Source: Tubiluchus corallicola (lineage: Eukaryota > Animalia > Priapulida). Taken from it: DNA of 62,195 nucleotides. A model generated the notes under the pieces. That model made no database searches and was not told where the DNA came from. It saw only the letters and a list, made by a program, of their open reading frames with translations. Position 1 is the first letter of the stretch. Every line of letters starts with the position of its first letter. The position numbers and the translations under genes were made by a program. This document shows positions 26,645-38,379 of the stretch, piece after piece. The stretch spans positions 1 to 62,195 of the forward strand of contig JAQGDQ010001108.1 in NCBI GenBank assembly GCA_030141605.1. The letters run 5' to 3'.

Positions 26645-27318
26645 CCGTATTTTCCCATGTATAAGAGACCCTTTTTTGCTCAGAATTTTCATTTTAAAAA
26701 TAGGGGGTCTCTTATACATGGGAGTAAGTCTTTTCAATAAGATGCATAAATTGTGACACTAATGATTTTAAAGAAATAAGTGCTCTACAACTGTTTTATT
26801 TCGAATAATTATAGTTTCCTTTCAATAAATCTTCTCCATGGCTAAATTCTAATGATAAAATTAATGTACCGGGTAAGTTATTATTTTTTTAAATGTCTCT
26901 TTGGTATTGGAGAGAAATCGATTGTTCTGCAGACAATCAACGCATCTGCATAAGCTCTCTGCATGCCCGTCGACGTCATTGATACGTCGGCAGAGGTCAA
27001 CGAGATGAGTCAGCCTACGCAAGGCGTGTCGCGTTCGACTATGAAGCGGTTGTAAGCAATACAATAAATCTTTCAAGAAGTGTGGCATCTCCAATGCCAT
27101 GGACGGCACAGAGGACAATGCCATTTTTGAGCAGAGTGACTCCTCTGATGATGAACTGGCTGGAATTGCTGAAGGTCTGACTCCAGTTGATATTTTTGAT
27201 GAGAGTGATGAGGAATTTAATGATTTCTATGATGAATAAAGTTATTCATTACCAAAAAACTTTTTTCCAGAATATTTGCCTAAAATTGAAGGGGTCTCTT
27301 ATACATGGGAAAATACGG
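26645..27318 (+). mobile_element. Internally deleted pogo/Tigger-type transposon nested in a hAT-like MITE (26490-27380)
   Basis: TA|CCGTATTTTCCCATGTATAAGAGACCC ... GGGTCTCTTATACATGGGAAAATACGG|TA; transposase C-terminus KSFKKCGISNAMDGTEDNAIFE followed by an acidic tail at 27067-27240. Confidence 0.85.
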
Positions 27319-27579
27319 TACTCAGTTTTGTTCTGTAGGACAACCACTAATAATTTGTTTAACAATAGCGCACAGAAAAGGCTGTTAAACTGTTCTGCAG
27401 TGTTTCGCATGGCCGTAGCAGTAAAACAAGCAGACCTGGGTAACTGTGCTTAGTGTTGAGTTGAGCAGCAGTCTACCGCCTTCCGTCCTTTGCATGAAAA
27501 ATATAAGCGGCAGAATGTGCTACCTTGTATAAGTGAGAGGAATAACTAATTCTATATTTATTTTTTTCAGAGTTAAAGT

Positions 27580-28404
27580 ATGAGCAGAGTTGCAGTTGTG
27601 ACCGGATCCAACAAAGGTATCGGATTTGCACTTGTCAGAGCCTTATGCCAGAATTTTAAAGGCGACGTCGTCTTGACAGCTAGAAATCAAGAAAAGGGAG
27701 TCATTAGCGTTGAGCTACTGAAGGGGGAATGCTTAAACCCAAAGTTTCATCAACTCGACGTGTGCGATAGTAAGAGCATTGATACTTTCCGTGTTTATCT
27801 ACAGTCTACTTATGGAGGGCTCGATGTTTTGGTCAATAATGCTGGTATTATGTACATTGGAGCCCAGAAGAGAGAGACGCCTACATTGGAACAAGCGCAG
27901 AAAACATTAAAAACTAATTTATTTGCCGTGTTTGATGTTTGTGATCGGTTGTTTCCGATTCTGAGACCGGGCGCACGTGTAGTTAACATTGCCAGTGTTC
28001 TAGGAACGCTAAAACACTTTAGTAACCCAGAAATTCGTAAAAAGTTAACGAGCGATAAACTTTCGCTTGCCGATATCGTTGCCTGTGCTGAACAGTACTT
28101 ACGGGACGTCGAGTCCGGCGTGCAGAAGGAAAACGGTTGGCCGCAACCTTACGAAGTTTCGAAAGGTCTGTTGATCGCTGCTACGAAAGTTCAAGCTCGC
28201 CTTCTTCGCGAAGACTCGCGGGAAAACATTCTCGTTAACGCTTGCTGTCCCGGTTGGGTAAAAACTGATCTGACGGGCAACACTGGGACAAAGACGCCAC
28301 ACGAAGGCGTGGACACGCCTGTTTACCTTGCCACTTTGCCCGACACTGCCACTTCTCCAAACGGTGACTTTGTTGTAGAAAGAAAAATTACCCAGTGGAA
28401 CTAA
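27580..28404 (+). CDS. CBR1: Carbonyl reductase [NADPH] 1-like (classical SDR), intronless CDS
   Basis: 274-aa ORF; TGSNKGIG, LDVLVNNAG, catalytic YEVSK, NACCPGWVKTD; acceptor ttttttcag ends at 27570. Confidence 0.93.
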   Translation: MSRVAVVTGSNKGIGFALVRALCQNFKGDVVLTARNQEKGVISVELLKGECLNPKFHQLDVCDSKSIDTFRVYLQSTYGGLDVLVNNAGIMYIGAQKRETPTLEQAQKTLKTNLFAVFDVCDRLFPILRPGARVVNIASVLGTLKHFSNPEIRKKLTSDKLSLADIVACAEQYLRDVESGVQKENGWPQPYEVSKGLLIAATKVQARLLREDSRENILVNACCPGWVKTDLTGNTGTKTPHEGVDTPVYLATLPDTATSPNGDFVVERKITQWN

Positions 28405-28729
28405 GTAACAAATATTGGTAATTTTATTCATTATTACTACACATTTTGTTTTGAAATTGAAATGCTGATTCTCAGTTTGTTTTACAGCAGACGACTGTAG
28501 TCAGACATTTCGTTGGTATGAGACTGTTGTTGTTTTTCTGTAGACTCAATGAATTTTCGCGTGTATGATGTATGTTAACTCTTACGTGCTGCATCTAAAG
28601 TGATTACATATCAGGTTTAGCAGCAGCAGAATGTTTGCCTAATGCTTAGCCAGGGTGCAAATTTAGCGGGTTTTTTTTACTATGAATGTGGACAAGTGGC
28701 TAAAATTTGCATCCATTGATAAATTTGCT

Positions 28730-28990
28730 TCCTTAGATAAATTGAAAATTGATTTTTAACGAATAAGGTGAAAAAACTTACAGCAACTGCAGTGTTTGCA
28801 CTGTAACAATGTACAGTAGGACTTGCGTGAAATCAGCTAATGCAGAAAATTTCAACTACCCTCTGACACAACACTCTGATACACTTTGGTCAGAGTGTCA
28901 CCCCATTTTTGATACACTTTGGTCTCAAGTCTGCTCTATTTTTAAGGAGAGATTCCTGCTAAAAGATGAAATGACCTTAATTTCCTTGTA
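28730..28990 (+). repeat. Dispersed repeat; second copy at ~42930-43160
   Basis: Shared actgcagtgtttgcactgtaacaatgtacagta...aaatcagctaatgcagaaaatttcaact. Confidence 0.75.
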
Positions 28991-29185
28991 CTGGCAACTG
29001 AGAAAACACATTAGGTTAATCTGCCTGATATCGAATATTTAAAATGGAAAAATGTGAGTTTTAGTTTGTGTGTCGTTAATTAAATGCAATGGTCTCTTGG
29101 GTGCTTTACCGTTTTTTGGCTTATAACTTTTTTTGAGTATTTGCACGACCGCCTGTTATCGTGATTTTGTCTCTTCCAGATTAAA

Positions 29186-32006
29186 ATGCAGGACACCAAA
29201 TCAGGTGCTCTCTGTAAACCCACTAGGGTTTTAGAACTTGTTCATGTCCTTGTGACTCCGAGCAAGAAGATAAAGGACGTTCATACCGACCCGAATGCCT
29301 TCAGAAGTTTACTCGACCATAACGTGAACAAACTGCAAGCTCAACTTTCCCAGAGCGAATACAACTTTGCCGGCGAGCACTTGAGCGGCGCCACAGAATT
29401 TTCAAACTGTTCTGATGCAAGACGCCGCAGGTACTTGGCCACGTGCCTTGCTTTACTGAAATTGTTAAAACTATCGTTAGATGATGCCATGGCAGTGTAT
29501 TGGAAATCCGGAGAGTGCTCCAGCAAGCCACATATGTCCCCGGATCTATTTAGCGTGCAGCAGCAGAAATCTTTGGCAACGTTAGCTCAATTCGTGGTAT
29601 TATTGGGTATTTGCCCCCACCTTCAGCCCGGTGTCGGCATTTCACTCGACGTGAGGTCCGGCTTTGCGCAGTTGATACGTGTGAAAGTAAAAAGTGATTT
29701 GGAAATGTACGAATGTCTGAAAGGCCTGCTGGTCTCTATAGAGCAGCCAAGCATAGCTGGTGTGATTTTGCCAAGACATTTGTCCGATTTTTTGGCGGCA
29801 CTGTTACAGCTCAGCTACAGGCCTCCTATGGTTCCAGATTCCCAATCTTTGCCGGCTTCGGGACCGGGCACCTCTAGTCAGTCTATGGAGTGCGATAGTC
29901 TGGTATCGGTAGAGCAGAAGTCTAGTCTGGTATCGGTAGAACAAAAGTCTGTTCTAGCTCAAAACGATGTTTGTTTCTGCAAGCAGCAAGTGAAGAAATT
30001 GCTAGAGTCATCGTACCAGCCACTGATTATTAGGGAACTGCTTGTACTTCAGGGTGGATTCAGAGGGTCTGACAAAAGCAAGTTTTTACCCGCCCCATTA
30101 TGGTTAAAGAAGGCGTGTGGATGGCTTCTGTCAAAGAGACTATTGCAACCCCAGGGAGTGAGTGCGGTTGTCTTGGGAATTCTCCATGGTGGAATATTGG
30201 GGAGAGGTGCTCCGGATGACTGGAGGAGATGTGACGTCCTCGCGAAGCTGATTGCAAACAAACCGGTGCAGTGCCCGACAGCGGACGAGTATTACAGACT
30301 TATTTGTCCGCAAGTGTTACAGCTGATTCATGTTAAGGATTCAGTTTTATCAGGAAGCCACCTTCGCGTCGGCAGTTCGTGCGTCGCCGCTATGTGGAAG
30401 TCTCAGCCGGACTTGACAAAGAAGTATTTACTTCATATCGTAATGAAACCTCTGTTAGCATGCTCCCAGTCTTCGGATTGCTCCGGGTTTTTGGAAGCAC
30501 AAACTGTCATAACGGAAGAAGAGTTGAACAGTTGCGTCAGTGATCTTTACGCCATATTTACGGGAGGAAGGCATCCCGACGGAGAATTTTTGGAGGCGTT
30601 AAATCCAGTCGTGCATATTCTCTTTCGTCTGTATTGCTTCACAAAACAAGGGATATCACATTTACAGATTCCTCTTCAAGATATTTTAGTCAAGTATCTA
30701 AAATTTGCACCGTCTGCACTCAAATGTTTGCACGTCTTAGCATTTAGTTCCGCTCAGGAAGAGTTTAAAGTTCAAGAAGAAAAGATCGAATTTCAAAGAG
30801 GAATTAAAGGTGGCGCTGTAGGGATGTTTAATCCATCCTCACTCGATAGGGAGGGGGATTTAGAAGAAAGAGCACTGTGTATTGTTGATCTCTTAAAAGA
30901 ATTATCGAGTGACGGAGTGTCCGCTGATTTCTTTATAGAATTATTAGGCAAATTAAGTGACATTATGGTTGTCAAAAGTGAAAAAACTGTTACGTTAGCT
31001 AACACAAAAGAGCTGCTACTAAACATTGAAGAAAAGTGCACGCGAGACGAAGAGCACGTTCAGAGGAGCATTATTATATTGACTTTACTTGCAGCAATGT
31101 CAGAATCTTTGGGATATGCAATGATGGCAAGGAAGAAGCATATCTTGCAGTTTTCTGCAGTTACTCTTCAACGCTGTGCTGAACTGTGCCACAAGGAGTA
31201 CAACGACGACGGCTGCGAAACGGATACGGTTAGCTTGACGATCGCACTCCTGACAATGGTAATCGAGGATTTTTTGTGTGCGGATGAGAAGTCAGTGTTG
31301 AAGTCTTTGTTGTCGCCGTTGCAGGTCATATCAGAAGGTCATCATGACGGAATGGTGCGGCTTATGGCTGGGGAGCTGCGGGTAGCCATTGCAACTCATA
31401 CTGCTGTTGCTGTTCCAGCTAAAACTAGACACTTTAGACGTCAAGAAAGGGGTGCAGACATTAGTAATACCCCAAGTGCCAGTGCTGAGGAACATGCAGA
31501 ACAAGAAAATCTTGAAGATCTGCTCGAAAAATTTGATGTTGAAAGTGCAACTTCTGTCAGAGATAAAGTTATACAAACTGAAACGTACAGAAGCAAGAGA
31601 AATGACACCAGTGCCATAAAAGGAAGTTTGGCAAAAGATTTTCACGTAGAGTTCACTACTAGGGTGTTCGCCGAAGCTTGGAACGATGTGCACAGTCCGC
31701 TGCTGCCCATCAGAGCTGGAGCTTGTCGTCAACTTGCAAAGTTATTGCAGTCAAAGAACCAAGATGCCGTAAAGATGAGATGCATGTTACTGGACGTATT
31801 TCAGAAGAATCTGAACGACGATGATTCTTACTTGTATTTGGCGGCGTTGGAAGGACTAGTTTCAGTTGCCGATGCAAATCCAGAAGAAACCGTTCAGCTT
31901 CTGACTGCTGAATTTCTCGCCAGTAACGAAGGAGATCGGCAATTCATCTGTCCCGAGATGAGAATGAAGCTCGGGGAGGCCCTTGTCAAAATCACACGCA
32001 ACCTCG
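29186..32006 (+). CDS. TANGO6: Transport and Golgi organization protein 6 homolog, coding exon 1 (2.8 kb)
   Basis: SPDLFSVQQQK..QFVVLLGICPHLQPGVG, APLWLKKACG..LSKRL, DWRRCD..YYRLICPQVL, DDDSYLYLAA, RMKLGEALV; acceptor ends 29179; donor CTCG|gtaagt. Confidence 0.92.
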
Positions 32007-32055
32007 GTAAGTCTTGCAACTACAGTATTACACCATTATAGAGAACACAACTTAC

Positions 32056-32580
32056 TGCGTTCACACTAGTAACACCAACTCACAGATAAAAAGAACGAAC
32101 TCGTCATTTATCTAACTATTATAATAGCTGTGCATTCACACTAGTAACACCAACTCACAAAAAAGAACGAACTTTCGTCATTTATCTAACTATTATAATA
32201 GCTGTGCGTTCACACTAGTAACACCAACTCACAAAAAAAAGAACGAACTTTCGTCATTTATCTAACTATTATAATAGCTGTGCGTTCACACTAGTAACAC
32301 CAACTCACAAAAAAGAACGAACTTTCGTCATTTATCTAACTATTATAATAGCTGTGCGTTCACACTAGTAACACCAACTCACGCAAAGAACGAACTCGTC
32401 ATTCATCTACCTATTATAATAGCTGTGCATTCAGACTAGTAACACCACCTCGCAAAAAAAGAACGAACTTTCGTCATTTATCTAACTATTATAATAGCTG
32501 TGCGTTCACACTAGTAACACCAACTCACAACAAAAGAACGAACTTTCATCATTTATCTAACTAGTAAAATAGCTGTGAAT
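32056..32580. repeat. ~75-bp tandem repeat, ~7 copies, in a TANGO6 intron
   Basis: gcgttcacactagtaacaccaactcac...tatctaactattataatagctgt recurs. Confidence 0.92.
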
Positions 32581-34083
32581 ACAATATACTCGATTTAATA
32601 TCGTGTACTTTTTGTCGCGCGCCCCTTTTTGCCTGTTTTCTTGTGTATTTTTAAGTTTTCCTTTGCATACTTTACCTTTGCCAGCCATTTTTGAACTCAT
32701 TTACAATTCAGTTTAACCCGTCATTCCTGGTACACAAAAATGTTTTGTGTAGCAGCAAGGGAGTGTTAATGTGTCGTGTCAAAAGCTCATTTTTTTACTA
32801 GCTGTATAAAAAGAATGGCTTACTCAGTAGCCTGACACACGTCTATTTTACTCTGGCACCATGGTAATGACTGCAAGTGATGAATCTTACTTTTTTATTT
32901 TACTGCTAAAGCTTTTTGAACAAGAGACAAGCAGGAATTTTAAAACAAGAGACAAAACTGACCGACTTATTCGATTTTCATTGACTTTACTGAACGCGTC
33001 ACGTGGATTTACAACTGAACATGTACATGCAGTTTAATGTGAAAATATCTTTCATTAGTTAAATTTGAATATACTGCAAAGTACTTGGTACTTGACAGCA
33101 TCTTCTAAAAGTACTTTACATGTCAATGAAGCCACACATTGTACATTATTTACTCACTTATTAATACTTTCTTGTCCAGGTAGTAGTTACATACATATCA
33201 TTTAGCCGCATGTGCTTATCAAGTACCTCGGTTACAAAGCACTGTTTTGGGTCCCTAGCACTTTTCGCTATAACGATGTTGTACTGTAGTGATTAAGGAG
33301 TTTGTGTAGAACACGGTCTAAGCTAATTTGTGAGGCATGTAGATTTATGATTTCAGTTCACAGTTAGTGTATAATAGTTAAGTCTTACGTAGAGCCACTT
33401 GCATTTCAAAATTATTGTGGGAATGAAAAGCGAAAAATCTTCCGCGAATTTTAAGAAAGGACCGGATTAAACTGCCCGGGCTTACAGTGCCGGACTTATT
33501 TGTCACAGCTGCAGATCGCACTTTCCATGCGGTGCTGTTATTGCTCCGAGGTCTTTCGGAGTTTCTGGTCACCACACTTTTGAGTGCAAATAGTAGCGGT
33601 TCTATACAAAACTGTGCATTTGGTCCCCAAGTACAGCATAGGAGTGGGTGCTGTCAAACTGTGTGATTAATAGCGAAATTTGGGAGGGCACTTGATGGAA
33701 ATCTAAGAATTTAAGAAATTTTCGTCAGAATATTTTGTCCTTTCCTGTGTCTTGAGTAGCAATATGAAATATGTGTAAAATAAAATTCTTTGTTTTTAAG
33801 GTAAATTTAACAACGTTTGGTCTTAAGAAACGACTTTATTTGTAAAAAATGTTCAAACTTCGATTTTATTTTAAACTGCTTTTGGATATTAATGGCATAA
33901 AAACTTGATTTTTTCTTGCGTAAACTTTCCTGTTTTGATCATCATTATTATTACATTAGTTTACAAAGTTGACAAACGTGGGTGTGGGCAATTTTTTATG
34001 AATAAATATATGCAAATGAGTGTTAAAAAATGAAAATGCAAGTATGGTAACTAAGGACTACTCTAAATATTTCATTTTTGTAG

Positions 34084-34283
34084 GTGAAATGTTGCCATTG
34101 TACTCGCAAAGACTGTTGCACACTTTTCTCTGCGGAACGAGGGATGAAGACAAAGACATTCGTGCCAGCAGTTTGGCCAACTTAGCCGAAGTCGTGAAGT
34201 TGCTGCACTTTTCCCTGGGATCTATCCTACAGGAGCTGATGACGTGCCTGAGCAGCATTGTGGACACTGATCCAGAATGTACA
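34084..34283 (+). CDS. TANGO6: TANGO6 coding exon 2
   Basis: ttgtag|GT...ACA|gtaagt; IRASSLANLAE (RTP1 C-terminal HEAT-like motif); phase 1 to 0. Confidence 0.9.
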
Positions 34284-34925
34284 GTAAGTATCGGGTTCTA
34301 CATTTGATTGAAATGGGAGGTCATTTTAGATGTGAGTTGATGCAGAGTTGACTGCAGTTGTCTGATTCTCTGGTAGTTGTGCTAACGATATGTTGTGCAT
34401 TTAATTTGTACAGGATGAATCTACAGTCAACCTCGGGTGTAAGGTACTCGCTTATAACAGACATTCGCTTATAAGGGACCACCAACACTAGTTCCGATTT
34501 TTCTTGACGTTTTTCCAATGTAAAAATCTTCATATATAAGGCACTCGCGTAACAGAAACCCAGGTAAATTACCTCGCATATAAGGGACACTTCCGCTTTC
34601 TTACCAGATTTTTCGTTTTTTGCATGATATCTGTGCAGCACTAAATTTGAAGTGTTTCAATGCTAACCAAAGAAAAACGCGCAAGTGTAAAAAGAAATAA
34701 ACCCGGCACCGGTAATCAGTAGTGAATTCTGACAGCAAGTGTCTACCAGTGTCTCAGTGGACCTTTAGTTCGACATGTTCTTGTTGGACAAAGATCTTTA
34801 CTAGTGTAACTCTTCTTGGAATTTTGTTTAATGACCAGTGCTTCTAAAATTGCCTCCATTATTTTGATACCTGATTTGGTGAGGTTTCTCACGATAATGT
34901 TAAACTGTTGTCAATTTATTTGCAG

Positions 34926-35174
34926 GTAAGACGATCAGCTGTAAACGTAATCACGCTCATGCTCCGTGGTCTAGGCAAGGACAGTCTGACGATTCTCGAG
35001 AGCACCATCAGGGACTTGTACAGGCTACTGAAGAAAGTCTCGCAGGTTGATAGCGACGATGTTGTTCGTCTTCACGTGCAGTTAGCCTTGGAAGAACTGG
35101 ACATTATCATGCGTGGTTATCTGTTTCCAGAGGAAAGCTTTACAAGAAAGATACGGGTTTTGGATCCTTTCTAA
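34926..35174 (+). CDS. TANGO6: TANGO6 last coding exon
   Basis: ttgcag|GTAAGA; VRRSAV..LMLRGLG..DDVVRLHVQLALEELD..KIRVLDPF*. Confidence 0.9.
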   Translation, partial: VRRSAVNVITLMLRGLGKDSLTILESTIRDLYRLLKKVSQVDSDDVVRLHVQLALEELDIIMRGYLFPEESFTRKIRVLDPF

Positions 35175-35239
35175 TGCATTTTGTCAGCATTTTACGCTCA
35201 TATCTCGGTTTGAAAGGCCTTATTTTAAGGTATTGGAAA

Positions 35240-35640
35240 GGTCCTGCATACTACTGACACATCCATTATTTCGTGAGCTGACCGCTAGTTGGCAGGCCAT
35301 CACTTTTTTACATCCAAGGTCCTGTGTGCTACAGACACTGTCCATTATTTCGTGAGCTGACCGCTAGTTGGCAGGCCATCACTTTTTTACATCCAAGGTC
35401 TTGTGTGCTACAGACACAGTCCATTATTTCGTGAGCTGACCGCTAGTTGGCAGGCCATCACTTTTTTACATCCAAGGTCCTGTGTGCTACAGACACAGTC
35501 CGTTATTTCGTGAGCTGACCGCTAGTTGGCGGGCCATCACTTTTTTACATCCAAGGTCCTGTGTGCTACAGACACAGTCCATTATTTCGTGAGCTGACCG
35601 CTAGTTGGCGGGGGGGCCATCACTTTTTTACATCCAAGGA
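35240..35640. repeat. 79-bp tandem repeat, 5 copies, just 3' of the TANGO6 stop; a diverged single copy lies at ~41075-41200
   Basis: tccattatttcgtgagctgaccgctagttggc at 35262, 35341, 35420, 35499, 35578. Confidence 0.92.
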
Positions 35641-36325
35641 GCAAATAACGGCACATGTGTAACTTGTATGTCAGCGTGTTTAAGTGGTATAATCATCGTG
35701 TGCGACTGTGTCAGTGTGTGTAATCCGGCAAACCGAGATATGAGTGTTATTAACTGAAATGACTGTTATGTGATTTTGTAGTGCATCTTTTCAATACACT
35801 TGTTCATAATCATACATATAAACTATAATATGGCCTTCAATGTTATTTGAGTTCATTTATATTATTTTATTTCTGATATTATTTTTACCATTTAAAAAGC
35901 AAGAAAATCTTGTAGCAAAAACGTACAGTCTTTATAGGTGGCGTTGTAGCAACTTTGGCAATTATGACGAGGTACATTAATGCATACATATCTATGCAAA
36001 TATAGACATCTTGTTTTGCCAAGAATGTGGGCGTTAAGCGAGGTTACCATTATAAAAGAGGGTGTTATAATGACATTTGACTGTGTGTAAAACTTTTTTG
36101 GGTAGGTATTGTTATAAACTATTTTGAGTTTTCTGATGTTTTTGCTAATAATTTTATTTTGGTAACTAGAGATTATGGCAACTAAAGTAGTCAAGAAAAT
36201 TGGTTTGGTAGATCAAGTTTATCTTGTTGTGAATGGGTGTTATAAATATATTGCTGCTGTGTCTATTTGATTTTGGAACTGTTGTTTCTTCTCATTAATA
36301 ATTGTGCATAGATTTAAGTAATTAA

Positions 36326-36718
36326 TAGGCATGAGCATCGAACGTTCGTATTCAATTCGAACCAGTTTTTTTTTAGTTTGAACTCTGTTCGAATCTGAAA
36401 CTGTAGATTCGAATAATTCCGCACGTCACTCGCATATGTTACTTATCATTAAAATTATTGAAACATCGTGCAATTAGCATAATTTAGCTGTGATTTCTGT
36501 GCAAAATTTTTAAACAAATTATTGGTGGTTTTACTGCAGAACAAAATCGAGTAATATGCATGATCTTTGTAAGAATAATTTTTACTGGTGGTTCGAAAAC
36601 TTTTTGGAAAATCTTTCAATTCGAATTCGAAATACTGAAGTTTGGTTCGATTCGAATACGAAAGTCACAAATTCGATTCGATTCGAATTCGCTTTCTGGT
36701 AGAGAATGCTCACCCCTA
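36326..36718. mobile_element. hAT-type MITE rich in TTCGAA; other copies at 61160-61515 and 26490-27380
   Basis: TIRs TAGGCATGAGCAT / ATGCTCACCCCTA; 8-bp TSD GTAATTAA. Confidence 0.82.
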
Positions 36719-37608
36719 GTAATTAACAGCAAGCAGCAGAAGTATCCGCTTCTGAGAAGGAAATCGTGTACGAATGTAGCACAAAATCTAATTCTGTTCT
36801 GGTTCCTGTACGGGATTACAGGCTCCGTGGAAACTTCATATTTTTCCTTTTCAGATGTTCTTCGGTTCAAATTAATTTGTGCGTTCATAACACTACACCA
36901 GTGTGAGTCAGAAGGCCCCATCTTAAGTTTCAGGACCTATTGTTTCTGCATTATTCAATACATAGACTTGTAATTTTCTTGAAAGTGTAGTTTATACAAT
37001 ATACTATTAATTTTGACTTTCTGGTGTTTCTCTTATTTTTTGGTGTCATGGTATCTGTGTTCGTTATGCCTCTACAACAGTGATTACTGGTACGTTATAA
37101 ATTAAACTGCAGTACAAACGTTCCGCAGGCATTTTGCCCGACAAATGAGGCATTTGCCCCTTTGCATATCAAAACGTGTCGTTGCGATAAAGTGCGTTTT
37201 AAAGTTACTGCTAAACTTTTCTGCAGCTGACAGACAACATTTAAGTTTACGACCACCTTTGATAGAATTCCACTGATTAATTCGAAAATTTGTAAAAAAA
37301 AATACTGAAAAACGTTTATATACGAGACTTCCACTGACTGCCCGTCACACTTGAGCATCACTAGTTAAACTATGAGCATCACTTGAGTGTTCACTATACC
37401 TCGCATATGTTGTATCCTCTGGGCATTTCTGTAAAACTTGAGGGGGCCTGTTACCCGAAGAGGCTTTTTGCTGCACCTTCCGTTTCTTTACAGTGTCATT
37501 CTAAAAGTTCTTTGCAGAACTTCATTTTCATCTTTTGTTTGTTGAATTCAACAACATAATAATTATTGCTTCATTTATGTCATCAAAAATAAGATAAGTA
37601 AAATCGCC

Positions 37609-37962
37609 ATGTGCGAGCCACCAAACCAATTGGTTTCCTCATCGCCATCGTCGCTCGGAATGACGCCGGGTCGCGTGGGACTGTACAAACCGTTTCTTGG
37701 GCTGTTGGCTCGCGCCGGTTCCCACCAGAGGAGGGATTTGTTGAAATGGGCCGATGGAGATGCGGTGAATTTTTTAGCAGAATGTGTTCTCAACATACTA
37801 CGCGGAAACGTGAAGTTGAAGCCGAAACAGATAAAGGTGCTGAAAGGACACCGCAACGTGCTCAGAAGATTAGCTCGGCCCGGCTCCACATTGCGGGCCA
37901 GAAGATGTGTGCTGGTGCAAAAAGGTGGAATATTTCCAATCATACCCGTTAGTAATAAATAA
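37609..37962 (+). CDS. Maverick/Polinton (adintovirus)-like small basic virion protein, isolated ORF
   Basis: 117 aa; QRRDLLKWA...ECVLNILRGNVKLKPKQIKVLKGHRNVLRRLA....LRARRCVLVQKGG|IFPII fits the recalled ECxLNxLxGNVxL...QxGG|F pattern; GC-rich island in AT-rich DNA; GCCATG context. Confidence 0.6.
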   Translation: MCEPPNQLVSSSPSSLGMTPGRVGLYKPFLGLLARAGSHQRRDLLKWADGDAVNFLAECVLNILRGNVKLKPKQIKVLKGHRNVLRRLARPGSTLRARRCVLVQKGGIFPIIPVSNK

Positions 37963-38379
37963 TAATCTTTATCAATATAATACCAACAATCCCACCTTCA
38001 ATATGCAATTAAAATAAACCTTAATTGACACCTCAAGCTCTCCAATTAACAACTAATAAGATAATGATTTTAATGGTAAACTTATCTTTCAATTATATTA
38101 TAGTATTTTAGTATTTGAGATTATATAAACTTAAAGGCAACGTATCGAAAACCTAGCATAACGTAGTAACAAAGTTGCATAGAGCAGTAGACTTACAGTA
38201 ACTACTAATAGATTGTTGTGACAAAAGGTATTAAAAACTTATTAATGTTCTCAAGTGTCGTTAGTTATTATGTGTACCAAACTACTTCGTAATTGTATTT
38301 TTAGTACATAATATAGAGTAGAAAAATTACGAGATTGCTGATTAGAACTAACGACTAGATTGTTCACTTCGTAAAGAAA

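Noticed and set aside
28099-31732. Antisense ORFs overlapping CBR1 and TANGO6
   Set aside because: Short shadow frames of real coding sequence with no recognisable motifs
32007-32041. TANGO6 ending at the 32041 stop (951 aa)
   Set aside because: The donor at 32006 and two further in-phase exons supply the conserved C-terminus
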